From positions 9,104,201-9,168,200 of the forward strand of contig NC_092670.1 in the NCBI RefSeq assembly GCF_964355755.1: DNA of 64,000 nucleotides. Direction: 5' to 3'. The stretch's first letter is position 1. The number at the start of each line of letters is the position of its first letter. This document shows, in pieces, positions 14,301-29,000 of the stretch. The position numbers and the translations under genes are program-made. The notes beneath the pieces are model-generated. The model worked only from the letters and a program-made list of their open reading frames with translations, searched no databases and was not told where the DNA came from. The DNA is from Antedon mediterranea (Eukaryota > Animalia > Echinodermata).

Positions 14301-17046
14301 AAGCTAGGCTAATATACGCTAGGCCATATGAGGCCTAGCGGTCCTGTTTTGTTTACACTCCATAGCGGTCGAAGATCGCTTCACACACGACGCTACAAGT
14401 CGCCAAAACGGCAAACCACTATTTGGTATCGGCTGCCATAAACAAGCTTATTAAATTTCTTTGGTACATTTCTATTTAACGAACATTGTATACTTGCTTT
14501 TCTGCTTGATAAATTCTTGTTCAATTGATGTTTAAAATAAGATATTCTACGATAAATTACACGAACTATAAGCTTAATTTTCCGACACTCTACACCTCGT
14601 GTATTTAGAGGCAACGTCGTACACGTGAGGGCGCTTGCTCGCATGGTGGAATACACAGTGTACATGTGCTGTTTTTGACGATTTGCATTTTTGGATCCTC
14701 GGGTATAAGCCCACCCCCCAAACTTGACGTGATTTCATGTTCAAGGGGGGTGGGCTTATACCCGCGTCAGTACGGTACATACAAAGCTCTAAATGGACTT
14801 GCACCTCAGTATATTGCTGATCTTCTTGTACTTTACACTTCGTCTCGTACACTGCGTTCATCTAATAAACTTCTCCTTCATGTTCCTAAATGGAAACTTC
14901 AGACATATGGCCATCGTGCATTTTCCTGTGCAGCACCCATTTTGTGGAATAAACTGCCAATCGATATAAAGACATCTGAAAACATCAACACTTTCAAAAC
15001 ACGACTAAAAATCCAGTTTTACACAGAGGCATTTCCTGCTTAACATTGTCAAGCGCCTTTGAACATTATTATGGATACTGGCGCTATATAAATCTGATTG
15101 ATTGATTGATTGATTGATTGAGCTCATAATTGTTGAAATGATGTTTCAAACAAACTGTAATTTAGTAGTAAAGTAAAATGATATATCAGTTATCGGTATC
15201 TTTATTTCAATAAAACAAACATCAAAATTACAATTTAAAAAAATATAAGTGCCATGGCAACCAAAAAATTTGAATACAGAATACCAACACTTATTTACAA
15301 TTTGTTAAAATGCAGTAAACATATTAAAGCTGTACATAAAAATATTGCAAGAAAAAACAAAAGTATTTCAAAAGTTGTAGGTCACATAATAAAAATATTG
15401 TGCCCTATCAATCGCTCCACATACTGTAGCGTTGTGAATTACAATTTTCACTGGATTTTCAACTGACAGCACGTTCCCTTTTTAAATTATTTTTTTGTGT
15501 ATATAACTTGACGTGAAAAGAAGCGTGCAACCAACCGTGAAGCAATCACGTGATAACCAGAATACGCGATTATCAATTTTGGGGGGATCCAAGTTTTAAT
15601 TAAATAAAAGCTTTGATTACAAAGTGGTTGAGACAGGTTTTTAATAGTTATCAGATTTTTAAACACCCTCTTAATTAATGGACTCTACCAATGTTGATCT
15701 GCAGCATGCAAAGAGAACAACAGATCGTACATTGCACGAGGTTGTTGATGCGGTGATTTTTGGTTTTACTGTCCAGTACGATCCGATTACAAACTTGTTA
15801 AAAATGATGTAAAAGGCATGGATTCGCCAAGCAAGTAGGCCTATCACGCCAAATGAGGTACCACTGCCAAATGAGGTACCGCACTTAATTTGGCGTCTAA
15901 GGCGCCAAATTAGGTACTATTGCAAAATGAAGTTCTATTGTAATTTTGTAAAATACAGTTTATATAAAACAAACATATTTAAGCCAGTATTAAACTACAA
16001 TATGTTTTCTGTGTTACGCCTGTTATTAGATCAAGCTATTACATTAAATTAAATATAAAGCAGAAAATAGTTATCCTTTTTTTATTTTCGTCGAATAGAT
16101 CGAAGCGGAAGTGCTTCGGTCATGGTCCGCAAATTATATGATACGCCTTGTGTGCCAAAATGTTTTTACTGCTTTTAGTTGAATCACCGCGTGTACAGTT
16201 AAAACCAATAGATTGTGCTGCAGTGCAGATTGTCTGTACAGTAATGTGGGCTGTCTGCTTGGGGGTCTGTCTATCAAGGTACAACATTTCAACGAAGCCA
16301 ATTTAATATTTTCATTCTGTTTTAATATCTGTAGAATGCGTTGTCATTTATTCTGAAGCTAATACTGTAGGCCTATATACCGTAATCAGGCGGTATTATT
16401 AAGGCTAGCTCACGTACAGCAGAATTCACATAGAATTATGTGGTGTTGTTGCTTGATTGTAAATTGCCCAGATTCTTCATTAGGAAAGAACTGATCAATT
16501 TGAATTGAATTAAGGTTAATTCTAGAACTGATATAAGAAGTCTTTAGAACAGATATTAAGATGTCCTCTATAAATGGAGTCCTCACAAACTCATATAAGA
16601 GGTCCTCTTGTAAAATCAGGTTCCCGTCGAATTTATTTTAGATAAGTAACTATATTATCATGGATTTCGTACCCACCATTCCATCGATAGCTTTTTTTTT
16701 CTCTTTTGTGGCGCAAACACCACTTTTATCCACATTCATATATTATCTCATGTCATTACATAAAATCATATTATTGAACACATTTGTTAATTCCCAATGT
16801 CGTTACAATTCATCAGTAACATTTTTACATTTATGAATTCCGTATTGCCTCCTATTTTCATTAATGTTCTTCGTTTTAAAATATTTTACACATAAAGAAT
16901 TTGTGAGATTTTCAATTGTTTGTTTTAATTTTACAACCCGGATTATACAATGTATTTATATACAAGATAAAACGAATTAAATCAGATCAGCACCACCTGT
17001 AACTCGTATCACAGTGAATTCTTTTCTGATAATCGAGCAAATTAGA

Positions 17047-17077
<31 letters not shown>

Positions 17078-20000
17078 TATTGCCAAAAACCAGTTACAAA
17101 CAAACAAAACACAGAAACTAAGGGAGTAGGCAGGAACCTAAAAGTGAACCTAATCACTATAACAAAAGTTCAGGTTCCGTACTCCCAAAGTAACAACAAT
17201 GATATAAAATAAACTATATAAAAATATTTAAAAAACAAATAGACGAATCAACAGTATCAATATAAAATAAACGGAAATTAGAATTTATATTAACATTATA
17301 GTATTTCTTAAAGCTACCCATTCTTCTATACTTGTTTCTTTATTGTTATATCTTTCACATTCAATGTTAAGCATATTGCTTTCCTTTTGAATGAATTCCA
17401 TAAAGATTTACCCACTGGCTTATTTAATGCTGATTTATTCTATAAATAGTGAAGGCTGCAAATGTGTAAATATAGGCCTAATCTACTATTCCATCGATAT
17501 AGCTAATTAAATTACTGTATGTCAATAAATAAAAAATATTAACTTACAGTAGCATCCCATTCTCATCACCCCACAAAGTATAAAAGTGCATGCATGTTCC
17601 ATATTATGTACGACGTATGAATTGATGGAACGAACAATCGAGATGAAAATAACGCATGCAATCTCCATTGCAAAATTAGGTTCCATTTAAGTATAAATTC
17701 TAATATTCCCGACCTCAAAATAAGTGTTATAACTACGGTAACTGTATTTAGCTTCCTAGAATTTCGTCCACCCCTCCGAACATGTTTTCAACATCGTATG
17801 AACAAACAAGGTGACCGACTTCATTGCAAAATTAGGTTCCATTGCATTATTGCGAATTTAAGGTTGTTTCCGACTTCGAAGTAATACTTACTTAGAATTT
17901 CGCTCACCACCCCATTCCCATCCAAACTTGTTTCCCACATCGTAATATGAACAAACGAGATGATGTTGCAAAATTACGTTCAATTATTTGCGAATTCACA
18001 TTGTGTTCCCAACCTTAAAATAACTGTATCATGTATTTAGCTTGCTTAGAATTTCGCTCACCACATTCCCATCCAAACTGTCTGTCTCTCACATCGATAT
18101 GAACAAATGAGATGACAACTTCATTGCACAATTATGATCCATTATTGCGAATTTATGTTCAAATGTTTCCGACATCAAGGTAAAAAGTACCAGCTGAATA
18201 AAATATCTAACATATTGCAAAATTAGTCTCTATATTATTGGGAATGTTTCCGACATCAAATATTGTTAAAACTTGATGAAAATGCTGAACTAATTAGGTA
18301 CCATAATTTATTTATTGCGATATGCATGTTCAACTGTTACATTCTATTACGGTACGTGACATGAAAAGATTGATAACAAAAGAGAACAAGGCAATATCTC
18401 ATCTTTTAACATTTAGATAATGGAACCAAATTTTGCAATAAAGACTTAATTGCAAAATTTGGTTCCATTATCTAAATGTTTCCGACCTTATGAGTTATTG
18501 TTTTGATGAAACAATTTGATGAATTTCCCCTCGACTACCTTTAGGCCTACCATCCCTTATTTATTTATTATAGGTCACACACACATGTGTAACAAATGAG
18601 ATGATGAAATTATAACGAATATCCAACTAACAATTTGCAACTTAGGTTCGCCATAGTATTGCAAATTTATGTTTTAATGTTTCAGACATCAAAGGAAATA
18701 TAGTGTTAGGTTATACTGTAGGTATAATAAGTGACAAAAATGTGATCATGTAACTAATATTTTTAAAGAACTTATAAATAAAAAACATAGGCCTAAATAA
18801 CATTGGTCATATACATTTAAAAAAACGGAATTGATTAAATAGTAAGCAATGTTAAACAAAAAAATATATATAATAATCAGTAGAATAACAGGATACATTC
18901 ATATTCAACGAATAATCATTTTAATTTGAAAACATAAACATAGAAATTCATAAAACCGAACAAAATAATAACGGGAATCATGTACCGACGAAAGGAACGT
19001 CAAATCAAAATATTACTAGAAAATAATGCAGCAATAGCGTCCCATAACTCAAACACTAAACGCTTTAGCACCAAAGGCAAATTGTCCCAGACCATGTCCG
19101 CATAACATGCAGACGTTACTTCAGACACTTTCCTTTGGCGCTAAAACGAGTAGTCTTCTTTTCCAGCTGCTTAGAAAGGGGTCGGTAGGCTTCCCATCAT
19201 GCATTTCGAGTTTTCTAGATTTTTCGATGAACAGTGCCTTTCGTTTTTTACACTAAAATAGTAAATTTTCGTCGTATGTTTCAGTTATAATGGTTTAATT
19301 CCATACAATGAGTAAAGGTTATTAGGTTAGAAATACTCCGGTTAATAATTTTCAGTTTGTGTTTATTTGGAAATAAGTAATATCAATATTTATAACACGA
19401 TTACCTCGCCAGAAACGTGCTGCAAAATTAAGTGACCTAGCCTTGTGCGATACAGGCCACGCGAACCTCATTTGGCAATGTCACTTCATTTGGCGTTACA
19501 AGGCCTATATACGTTTAATAAAAATTTACCTAAGATTGTCGTAAGCTCTTTTGTTCAAGCTTGTTATTTATATAGCGAATCCATCTGTTCCGGCATGTAC
19601 GTAGCCTAGGCAAGGCCTCTAGCCGTCGGACCTCTATGATGCCTAACTCCTCGATCGATCGATGTCTCTGGTTGGGTGAATTTCCCCGCGATAAGAAATC
19701 GCCGAAATATATGGCTCATAACGGCCTACATTTTAATGTTATATCTTTAATGCCAGTGTAAATTACGTATGGATAAAACAATATAAAACTCAATATTTTT
19801 CATCTAAAATAATATAATAGGCTATGTTAACTTGCCGCTTGCGTAATGCAGCATTAACACGGCAATAGTTTATTTCGACCTTGATTGTTTTTGTTGGAAA
19901 TGGTAGCTAGAGCCTAGGGCTAGCCTTTTTGCCTAAAAAAGCTAGGCCTACGTTTATTTAATAAACCTTTTTTAAACTATTGTTGAAACAATTATATCTA

Positions 20001-23000
20001 TCGTGAGCCTATGGTGCTATGAAAAGTGTTAAAAAAGTCTTTATGTATCATTTGTGTAAATTGTTTATTATTTTGCCGGCAACACATTTTTGGTCTGGAA
20101 AAAAAAAAAAAAAAAAAAAAAAAACTTTTCCTACCGACCTACTCATTTTTGGGATTTACCAAAAACGTGGCCAACACAATTTTTTTTTTTTTTGGCCTTA
20201 CTGCTCTATTCCATTCTCCACCTAGCTTACAGTATAAACATACTCCTTATTGAAGATGTAGAATTATTAGTTTGAGAAAGTTTCTGCTCTATATTCTCCC
20301 TCATTTAGTTACTCACAAACATTTTACTTACCTGCTGTACTGCATTCACAAATGTCAGGAACGTCTATTTAGCAACTGGAAGCCATCACAACCAGCGCAA
20401 AGCCAATTACTAACATTCTGCAATCCATTCTGTTAGGCCACAGTACAGTATGTTTCATATCAAACAAGTCTTCCATTTTATAGGCCCAAAATTTGAAATT
20501 ACACAAAGAAATCCTTGTATAATTTAGTACTTCCCTATTTGTAGACTAAACATCACATGCTGGTTTCAATTCTTCTTAATTTATAATACTTTGAGAGTTA
20601 ATTGGTGTGGAAAAAAACAATACATTATGTAGATACCGTACTGTTAATTCCCCAGGATTTGTTGATTTTGATCATAGAAGAGTTAAATAATTTCACTCTT
20701 TCCTGATTTTGATATTGTTTTTTACCTTTGATAATATTGATGTGCATCACTTTATGAAGCATAAAAAAGTATTTTCACTATTAACACCAGTGAAATCAAA
20801 TGTATATTTTGGTGTTTTTAAAAAGAGAAGAAACTCACAAACTATTGCTATTTTAAAACAATTTTAGTTTTTTCTTCGCTCTATATTCCATTTGGTGTTA
20901 CTGTAGCCACTAATCCAACCTCCCCGCCTCCCACCCCCGCCTCCTATCAAACATGCTGGTAAAATGCTGCTTACCGATATATTCACTTCAGGCTATTGTG
21001 CCGGGAACTTTCAAGTGAGAAGGAGTCAAGGTATATCTGACCAATAAATAGTGTCCTACAAAGTGGTATTCAATTTCAATTCAACATTTATTTCAACCAA
21101 AATCAAAGATTAACATAATAATATGTACATAAACTAAACAAATAAAACCACCACCAAAAATATGTCTTTGGGATTTCATCATAAATTTTCCCAGGAATCT
21201 TATTGACAGGAATTACTGTAATATGAAAAATATTGGATGTTGCAATGTGCTCACCCTGCCCTGCTCCTTTCTTGCATGTGCTTGTGTATAATAACTTGCC
21301 ATGTATATTGTTACCAAATACAGTATGACCAAATAAAGGGCCTGTTACATACAGCGGAAGCGGAATTTAGTGGAAGTTAGGGTGTGGATATTGCCATTGA
21401 AACTATAACACCCTCAAATAAATATGAATAATCTGTTAAAGTATATTGTGTATATTGAAGATGTTTATTTATTGTTTGTTTGACAACGGTATTATACTTG
21501 GATAAAGAAAGAGAGAAAATACTAGGGAGTGGGATTATATTCGGTTATACTGTGTAGTAATAATTGTCAATACTAGGGAGTGGGATTATATTCGGTTATA
21601 CTGTGTAGTAATAATAATATTATTAGCATAGACTAAAATAGTAGAATATATTGACAATGGTTACTTGATTGTTAATAAATTGTTGTGCACAAACTACCAT
21701 AGATTTATTACTATTATTTAATAGTAATTCATTACTGTGTTCTTTTAATCATCATCACTATTTTCTTATGACTGTACAAATAAGTTGGCCATGTATGACT
21801 ATACCAATTGATGCCTGGACCACTGCCAGCAGCAATAGGTCCTGGCGTACGATAAGGCCCGTTTAGATTTGCATTTGTAAAAAGTCTATACCACCAGCCA
21901 CCTTTACCAGTCACAGCTAAGTTTAAGTTGCTATTCTCATCATTGTCTTTATCAAAGGTTGAAAATGGTTGCCCATTGTCAAATTCCATAGGGTTACCTA
22001 AAAAAAATGTATAATTTTTAGTATTATTTCATAACTTTTAAATACAGTTGTCTTCTTTGTATAAATAAATGGATATCTATTAGGAAATGGGAGGGGAAGA
22101 AGGGGAAGCCCTCCCTGGGATGCCCTCCCTGGGATAAGGGGGAGGGGTGTTGTACAAGTTTAAAAAAAATTATTTCATTTCAGTGATAACATGTTTTTTT
22201 TAATATAAATTTGATCTCTTATTTACCCTAAAATAAAATGTTTTGTGTAAATTTAATATTGATTACAGATACACTAACCAGCAGTTCCTGTAAATCCATA
22301 TCCTCGCAATCCAGTGATACTCATTCTATAGTTCGAGTCCTCAGTACCAATACGAAAATGAGAATATCTTGCCAACCTCAGTACATTTAAGTGGTCTGTG
22401 ATCTCTATTAATAGCTCATAATCACCATCAGATGTTATACGGTTGATCTGTTCGTTACCAATCCAGAACTCTGAGTTCACATTTCCAAAACCATCTTTGT
22501 AGTTGGCCCAATTGCGGTAAAAATTTACCGAACCATCCTCTCTTCGTTGTATCACCTAATATTAATAATAGGGAGTTTTCAAAGATGTTACGTCCCAACT
22601 TCCAATGCAAAGCTCTGCGAACTTTGTATAAAACAAATTGATATATTTCAAAATTTTATTAACATTCACCTTAACATCAAGGTATGGTTAACAATAACAT
22701 TAACACCAAAAAAAAACAACAAAAAAACAAATATATAAAAGAAAAAGCAATAATAAAAGCTTTCAATGTTGCATTTGCATTTTGATATATTTCAAAATTT
22801 TATTAACATTCACCTTAACATCAAGGTACAGTATGGTTAACAATAACATTAACACCAAAAAAAAAAAAAAAAAAAAACAAATATATAAAAGAAAAAGCAA
22901 TAATAAAAGCATTCAATGTTGCATTTGCGCAAGTCTTACAGAAAACCGTCAAAAATAGTGCAGAAAAATCACACTTCTATTCGACCAATGCAAACAAATG

Positions 23001-26000
23001 CAAGTCATGGTTATAGAAACCTATATTGGCCATCGTTTGTTTTACTGGAATCTGTCCCCTTAATAGGAGTGCCCCAAAGTAGAGTTTCTACTGTAAATAG
23101 GTTGTGGACATCTTCATTTTTACTTTGTAGGATTGAGGACTCCATAGTAGTGATAATGTAAATTGTATATCTACCAAGCTATTGTTTTCTACTCTTACTC
23201 CTTCCACCCTCTATTCACCAGCCTGTGCCTCCTTTGTTTTTATTTTCTAATATGTCCCAACTTGATTGCTTTATATTCTCCATCTCTCACTTGCATTGAT
23301 GAAGGGCTAGTGTTGCCAAAAATCTGCAATTTTTTTTGGCTGTTTTACTTTATCGTTTTGATTTAGCCTTTTTTTTCTTATTTTATTTTGTATCTCCATT
23401 AAGATCCAGCCACTGAATTGTCATTTTTTTTAGTCATTGCCTAGATGGATTTACAAATCGTTACTTATACTTACTGTCCATCCACCATCTGTGCTTCCAC
23501 CATCTGTCCGCATGTCACAGTAAACAGTAAATGCAGGTTTTCCATCATGAGGCTGTATCAAATAGTCACCACTCTCAGCTGAAGGATTGTTTTCCAAAAT
23601 TTCACCACAGTCCCTCATAATAGACTTATCTATTTTTGGGTTTTTTTCAAATAGAAAATAATTTGCACATTATAGGTGAAATGTGTAATTATAATTGTAT
23701 TTAAGCTAAATTAATTTCACAAAACTAACTAAACTGAAATCACAAAACATATTTTTCATTGCAGTGTTTTAATACGGGCAATATGTTGCATGTTGAAAAT
23801 TTAATTTTTTTAAAAATTTCCAAAATCCAGTTCTTTAAAACAATCAAATCATGAAAATAAAAATCTGTAAAATTTTTGGGAATGGAAAAAGGGAATTTAA
23901 TACATAAGGAGCTTATTCCCATTGTGTATAACTATTAGCTCCATTAACGCAATTTAAATATGGAGTAAAACAATAGCTCAATGTTATTAGAATTGATATA
24001 CAAATATTTTGTTTCTATAAAATTGTTAAAGCAAAGAAATTTTTGTTGTTTAAAACAAGGTTGCATAACTAACATATTAATTACAATGTAAAAGAATAGA
24101 TGTTTTTATGGCAAATGCATATGTTTTAGGCCAGCGTTCCGCAAACTTGTTATTTTGCTGCCTAAAATCAGGTTCCCCGGTACCAAACCACAGCCCAATG
24201 TAAGGAAATGTTGAAGAAAATGGACCTGTAGTTCCCCAGAAATTGCATTGTAATTTTAATTACTCTGATGATCCACCGAAATTCAGGGCAGTACGCTTCC
24301 CTTTGTTACGCACACGATGAATGTCATCGGAACTTTAGCTGCACATCAATTTCGTACAGTACAGTATGTTTACGATCATTTGGGGTATGTTCGGCCATAC
24401 TGCGTTGAAACACCGGTTCTCGTCAGATCACCGAAGTTAAGCAACGTTGGGCCCGGTTGCGTTCTGGATGGGAGACCGTCTAGAAATCGTGGCGGGTGCT
24501 GTATATACTGGAGAGTGATGGTGTTAATGGTAATATCGGACTAGCATATGATAGGCATGGGTTCGAGGTTATCTGTACCATACTAATTGCATCCTTAGGC
24601 AAGATGCTTTACTCTCATTGCCTAATCTGGTAAGCGCTGCACTGCTGGCTGCCGTGGGTCCGTGGAGGGCCTAATCCGAATTTCCTCACTGAGGACAGTA
24701 ATACAAAAAAAATACAAAATACAAAAACCACATAGGCCTGACTCATAACCATGTAGGCTAGGAAAACATATCATTTTTTTTTCTCAAGCTACCTCAAAGC
24801 CCTTAAAAAAAGGTTCCCCAAACATAGTTTGCAGAAGGCCGTTCTAGCCTACAACGGTTTCTGCTACAGTATCTCACAGATGGTAATTGGTCAAATTTTG
24901 TTTGGCATTAATATACCAGTTGCATAGTCTTGAAATACTAAAGGTGTAACAGATTTTAATAAAAACTGTTCAAGATTTTGCTAATTAAAAGTATATAACA
25001 AATTCCTCTTCTGTTCTCTCCCTATTCTGAACTATAACTTACAGACATTATTTGTACTTACTGCATTCACAGTTATCAGAAACTGTTGTTGGGCAACTGG
25101 CAGCCATCACAACCAACATACAGCAAATTACTAACATTCTGGAATCCATTCTGTATCGCAACTGAAAGCTTCCTCTCACAATATAACCGACAGCTTACTT
25201 GACCAAGACTATGTTTGATTCAGAAAAGTCTCTCACTTTATAGGCCTAAAATTTGAAATTACGCAAAAAAGTGCGTGCATAATTTAATACTTCCTTGTTT
25301 GTATAGTAAACATCACATGCTGGAATCAATTGTTCTTAATTTATAATTGATTTTGTGTGGAATTCCCCTTATATTTCCAACCACCAATCCAATACATTAT
25401 TTAAACCGAATTCTTTATTTTAAATTTTTTTTTTTCACCTTTGATGATTAATTGGATACATCCCTGTTTGTATAGTAACCCTCACGTGCTGGAATCAATT
25501 CTTCTTTGTGATGGAGACAAAAGTATTTTCATAATTAACTCAAAAACCGTAAAATCAAATGGCTAATTAAGCATTATATGAAATTCCCTTTTGTTTCAAT
25601 TGTGATAAACTGAAAGTAATAACTATTGTTGATTTTATTATTGTTTTTTTTACCTATGATACGGTATCACGATGTGAAGCATACAAAAGTATTTTCACAA
25701 TCAACTTTTAAATATTCTGGGTATTTTTGTCCATTATTTTTAGTCTGTAAAATGTTATATACTAATTTTGAAAGCAAACGGAAAACAACAAATTTACATT
25801 TTTACAAACTGGTTTTAGACAACTGTTTGTTTCATTTAATATAAACATTTATAATGTCACATAATAGATATTCACTCAATCACTATCTATCTTTTTACAA
25901 ATGAAAGCTTCTTTACAGTATTTCCAGTCTTGTTTAATATTGTTTTACCTTTGGTAATAATAATTAGTGACAATCAGTAAGGGCCTGTTTCCATTGAGCA

Positions 26001-29000
26001 GAAAATACGGTTTTGAATACCGTTCTTTTCAAAAACGTTTTTTTCTTGCCAACAGAAATGGGTCTCCACAAAAAACCACAAAAGAACCGATCTTAAAAAC
26101 GGTTAAAAAAATCCCAATTAATTCCAGTCTTGATCGCAAAGAACCATTCTGAAACCAGTTTCCTAAAGCAAGTTTTAGCTGCAACACAATCGTGATCTCA
26201 ATTTGACCACAAAAACTAAACTCTGCTGCACTGTGACGATTGTCGTGGCCTAGTTATTTTTATTTCTCTAGATAGTGAGTATTTTAACTAAAAAATGTGG
26301 ACCAATGCAATTACAAGTTTCGTAATAAATATGTTGGGAGAAAAAAATATGAGTGGGAGGCTAGCCGGGTGTCAGAAGAAAGACTCACATGTTTATAAAT
26401 AAGAATATTGTAAAGCATGTGAAAGACGAGTTCAATTGCATTGTAGTATATAATGACGTCATTCATAACGAACGCACATGGACGGAACCGTTTTTATTGG
26501 TGTAAAAATTGAGCTGCAACAAATTATAAACAACTGTCGATTTTTTATTTTTCAATAGAAACAGGCCCTAATAAACCTCAGTAAAATCAAATTGTTTACT
26601 ATATATGCTGATGCACGATACATTTTGAATAGCGCATTTTATGTTTAAATGAATTATATAGATAACTGTGACCTCTATTGTTTGGTCATGCTTTTATTAA
26701 GCTATGGTTACAGTACCACAAACTAGGTACTACTATATTTGTAAAAAAAATGAAATTTTAAAAATATTAATATAAAGAAAATATGTAATAAATTGCTGTA
26801 AGATTTATTCACTAATTTTATTATAATAACATGATGACTGCATGATTAAAAGGTTTTTTATTTATGACAAATAAACACTGGTAAAACTTTGAAGTACGGT
26901 ACATCATTGATTTCAAGTAGTGTTGTATTGGAAACACTTATGAACAAAACGTTGCAAAAAATGAATTTCTGAACCTTATATTTCATTTCTTTTTTTTGGA
27001 ATCAAGTTTTATACTGCAAACCTTTTAGTTTACTAATATTACTGAAATAAGGTTTACTTTGAAACATTTAGTGATTCCAATGGTATGCATAATCATACAA
27101 GATAAATTGTAAAATATGTGGTAGATATAAATGCACATGTTTGTATTGTATTGAGGGTCTACACAAGAATAAAATTATTTCTTGTCTTAACTCTTATGGT
27201 GCTCTCTTGACCATCATTACCGTCTTCTTTAAACTGTAGGCATAAGTTGACTTGAAATGATACCAAATTATGCCGTTATTAGTATTTCCAGAAGGAATAG
27301 GTCCATGGTGTGAGGTAAAGCCCATTCAGGTTTGACTCATGACAGGCATTGTACCACCAAGCACCTTTGTATTTCTCAGCACAGTTACCACCACCATTCT
27401 TATCATTGTCTGTATCATACGTTGTAAATTGTTGACCATTGTGGTATGCCAAAGAATCACCTAAACAAACAAAATATTATTAGGATCATAGTTTACACTT
27501 TATAAATCTTTAATTATGGAATATTTATTTATTAGATATATTATTATTATTATTATTTTTTTATTAAAAGACACTTTATATGCAAAATGAAAGTTAAAAT
27601 TATTTATCATCATCAACATCTTTACATATTGTTTTAAAATATTCATTTGACATGTACAGTATGATTGATTTATTTTATAATGATAAAGCGATAATCACAG
27701 CAGGTGATGACTTCAAAACTGCAGTATGTTGGTCCATGTAATCTTTATCACCATGTACAAAAGGTATACATACTGTATGCTCTTTTTATGACCATTGGCT
27801 AAAATATAAACGTTCAATCTCTGTTTTAATACCTTGAAATATAGGTGTATCTAATTGAAGATAAACTAACCTGCTGTTCCTGTGTATCCACTGATTATCA
27901 TAGTATAGTTAGACCTCTCACTACCAACACGAAAGTGAGAATATCTTGCAAACTTCATTTCATCCAAAGTGATCAGTCATCTCTTCTAAGAGCTCAAAAC
28001 TACCATCAGATGTTATACGGTTGATCTGTTCATTACCAAGCCAGAACTCTGAGTGCACATTTCCAAAACCCTTTTTGTAGTTGGCCCAATCAAGGTAGAA
28101 ATTTTCTGAACCATCCTCTCTTCTTTGTATCACCTGTCAAAGAAAATAATTTATAGTCTAAATAAAGTTAAAATGAAAGAGTGATCAAAATAAAAACTAT
28201 AAAGCCACTCCGAGAGTGCATACCCACGCCTACTGTAAAATTCTCCTACATAAGATTTCTCTGGGAAAATATATGTACGGTATATATATTTTTGTGTGTC
28301 TTAATCTGTTTGTGATTTAGGCTAATTTCACTACAAGCATATATGTGTATGCGAGTTTGGTGTAATGGTTATGTAACAAGCCTTTCAATTAACAATAGCT
28401 TCAGTTGACTAACAATAGAACAGCAACGCGAAAAACAAAAGAGTGAATTTGAAAAGAAAATAGGTTTTTTTAAACTACTCACATCAAAAAACGTGCACAT
28501 TAAATCAAATTATGTTTTAAGATTACAAATCACAAATTATAACTCTTGCCTCTTGTACAAAAATGGTGTTTTTTGGACAAGTAGTAGTAGAAAAAAAAAG
28601 TAGAAATGCAATTACAGTTTACTTGTTACTTTAAGACTGCTCGCCGGCTTTTTGAAAAATTCTGTCCTCTCTTTTAACACTAGCAGGTCTAAAAAGTATA
28701 CTAAAAAGTGGTCCAGAATTGGAACCGTGGTCCCAAATGGTCCCAAAATTTAATGGAATGGTCCTTGACAGAAACACATCCTTTGTTTTGGTGGGGGAAG
28801 TACAGTAGTAATAAATTTTAGGCTTATTTTGCCCACAATTTTTAGTTAAATTGTTGAATCATACATTATTATATTTTTTTCCTTTATTTATACTAATGTT
28901 TATTAGTTAATATTTTACATACTTTACCTTACCTTGCACATTACTGTTTTTTAATCCTATAACTTTACTTTCAATAAAAAAAAAAGGGGTTGTACTGTAC

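Noticed and set aside
20019-20275. Poly-Lys/poly-Phe ORFs
   Set aside because: Homopolymer A and T runs at a transposon end.
21518-22925. Short tandem duplications (51 bp at ~21518-21615; ~140 bp at ~22640-22925)
   Set aside because: Real, but ordinary local duplications in non-coding DNA with no sign of function.
24392-24505. Functional 5S rRNA gene
   Set aside because: Diverged 5' end, no oligo-T terminator, fused to a SINE body and absent from the paralogous site.
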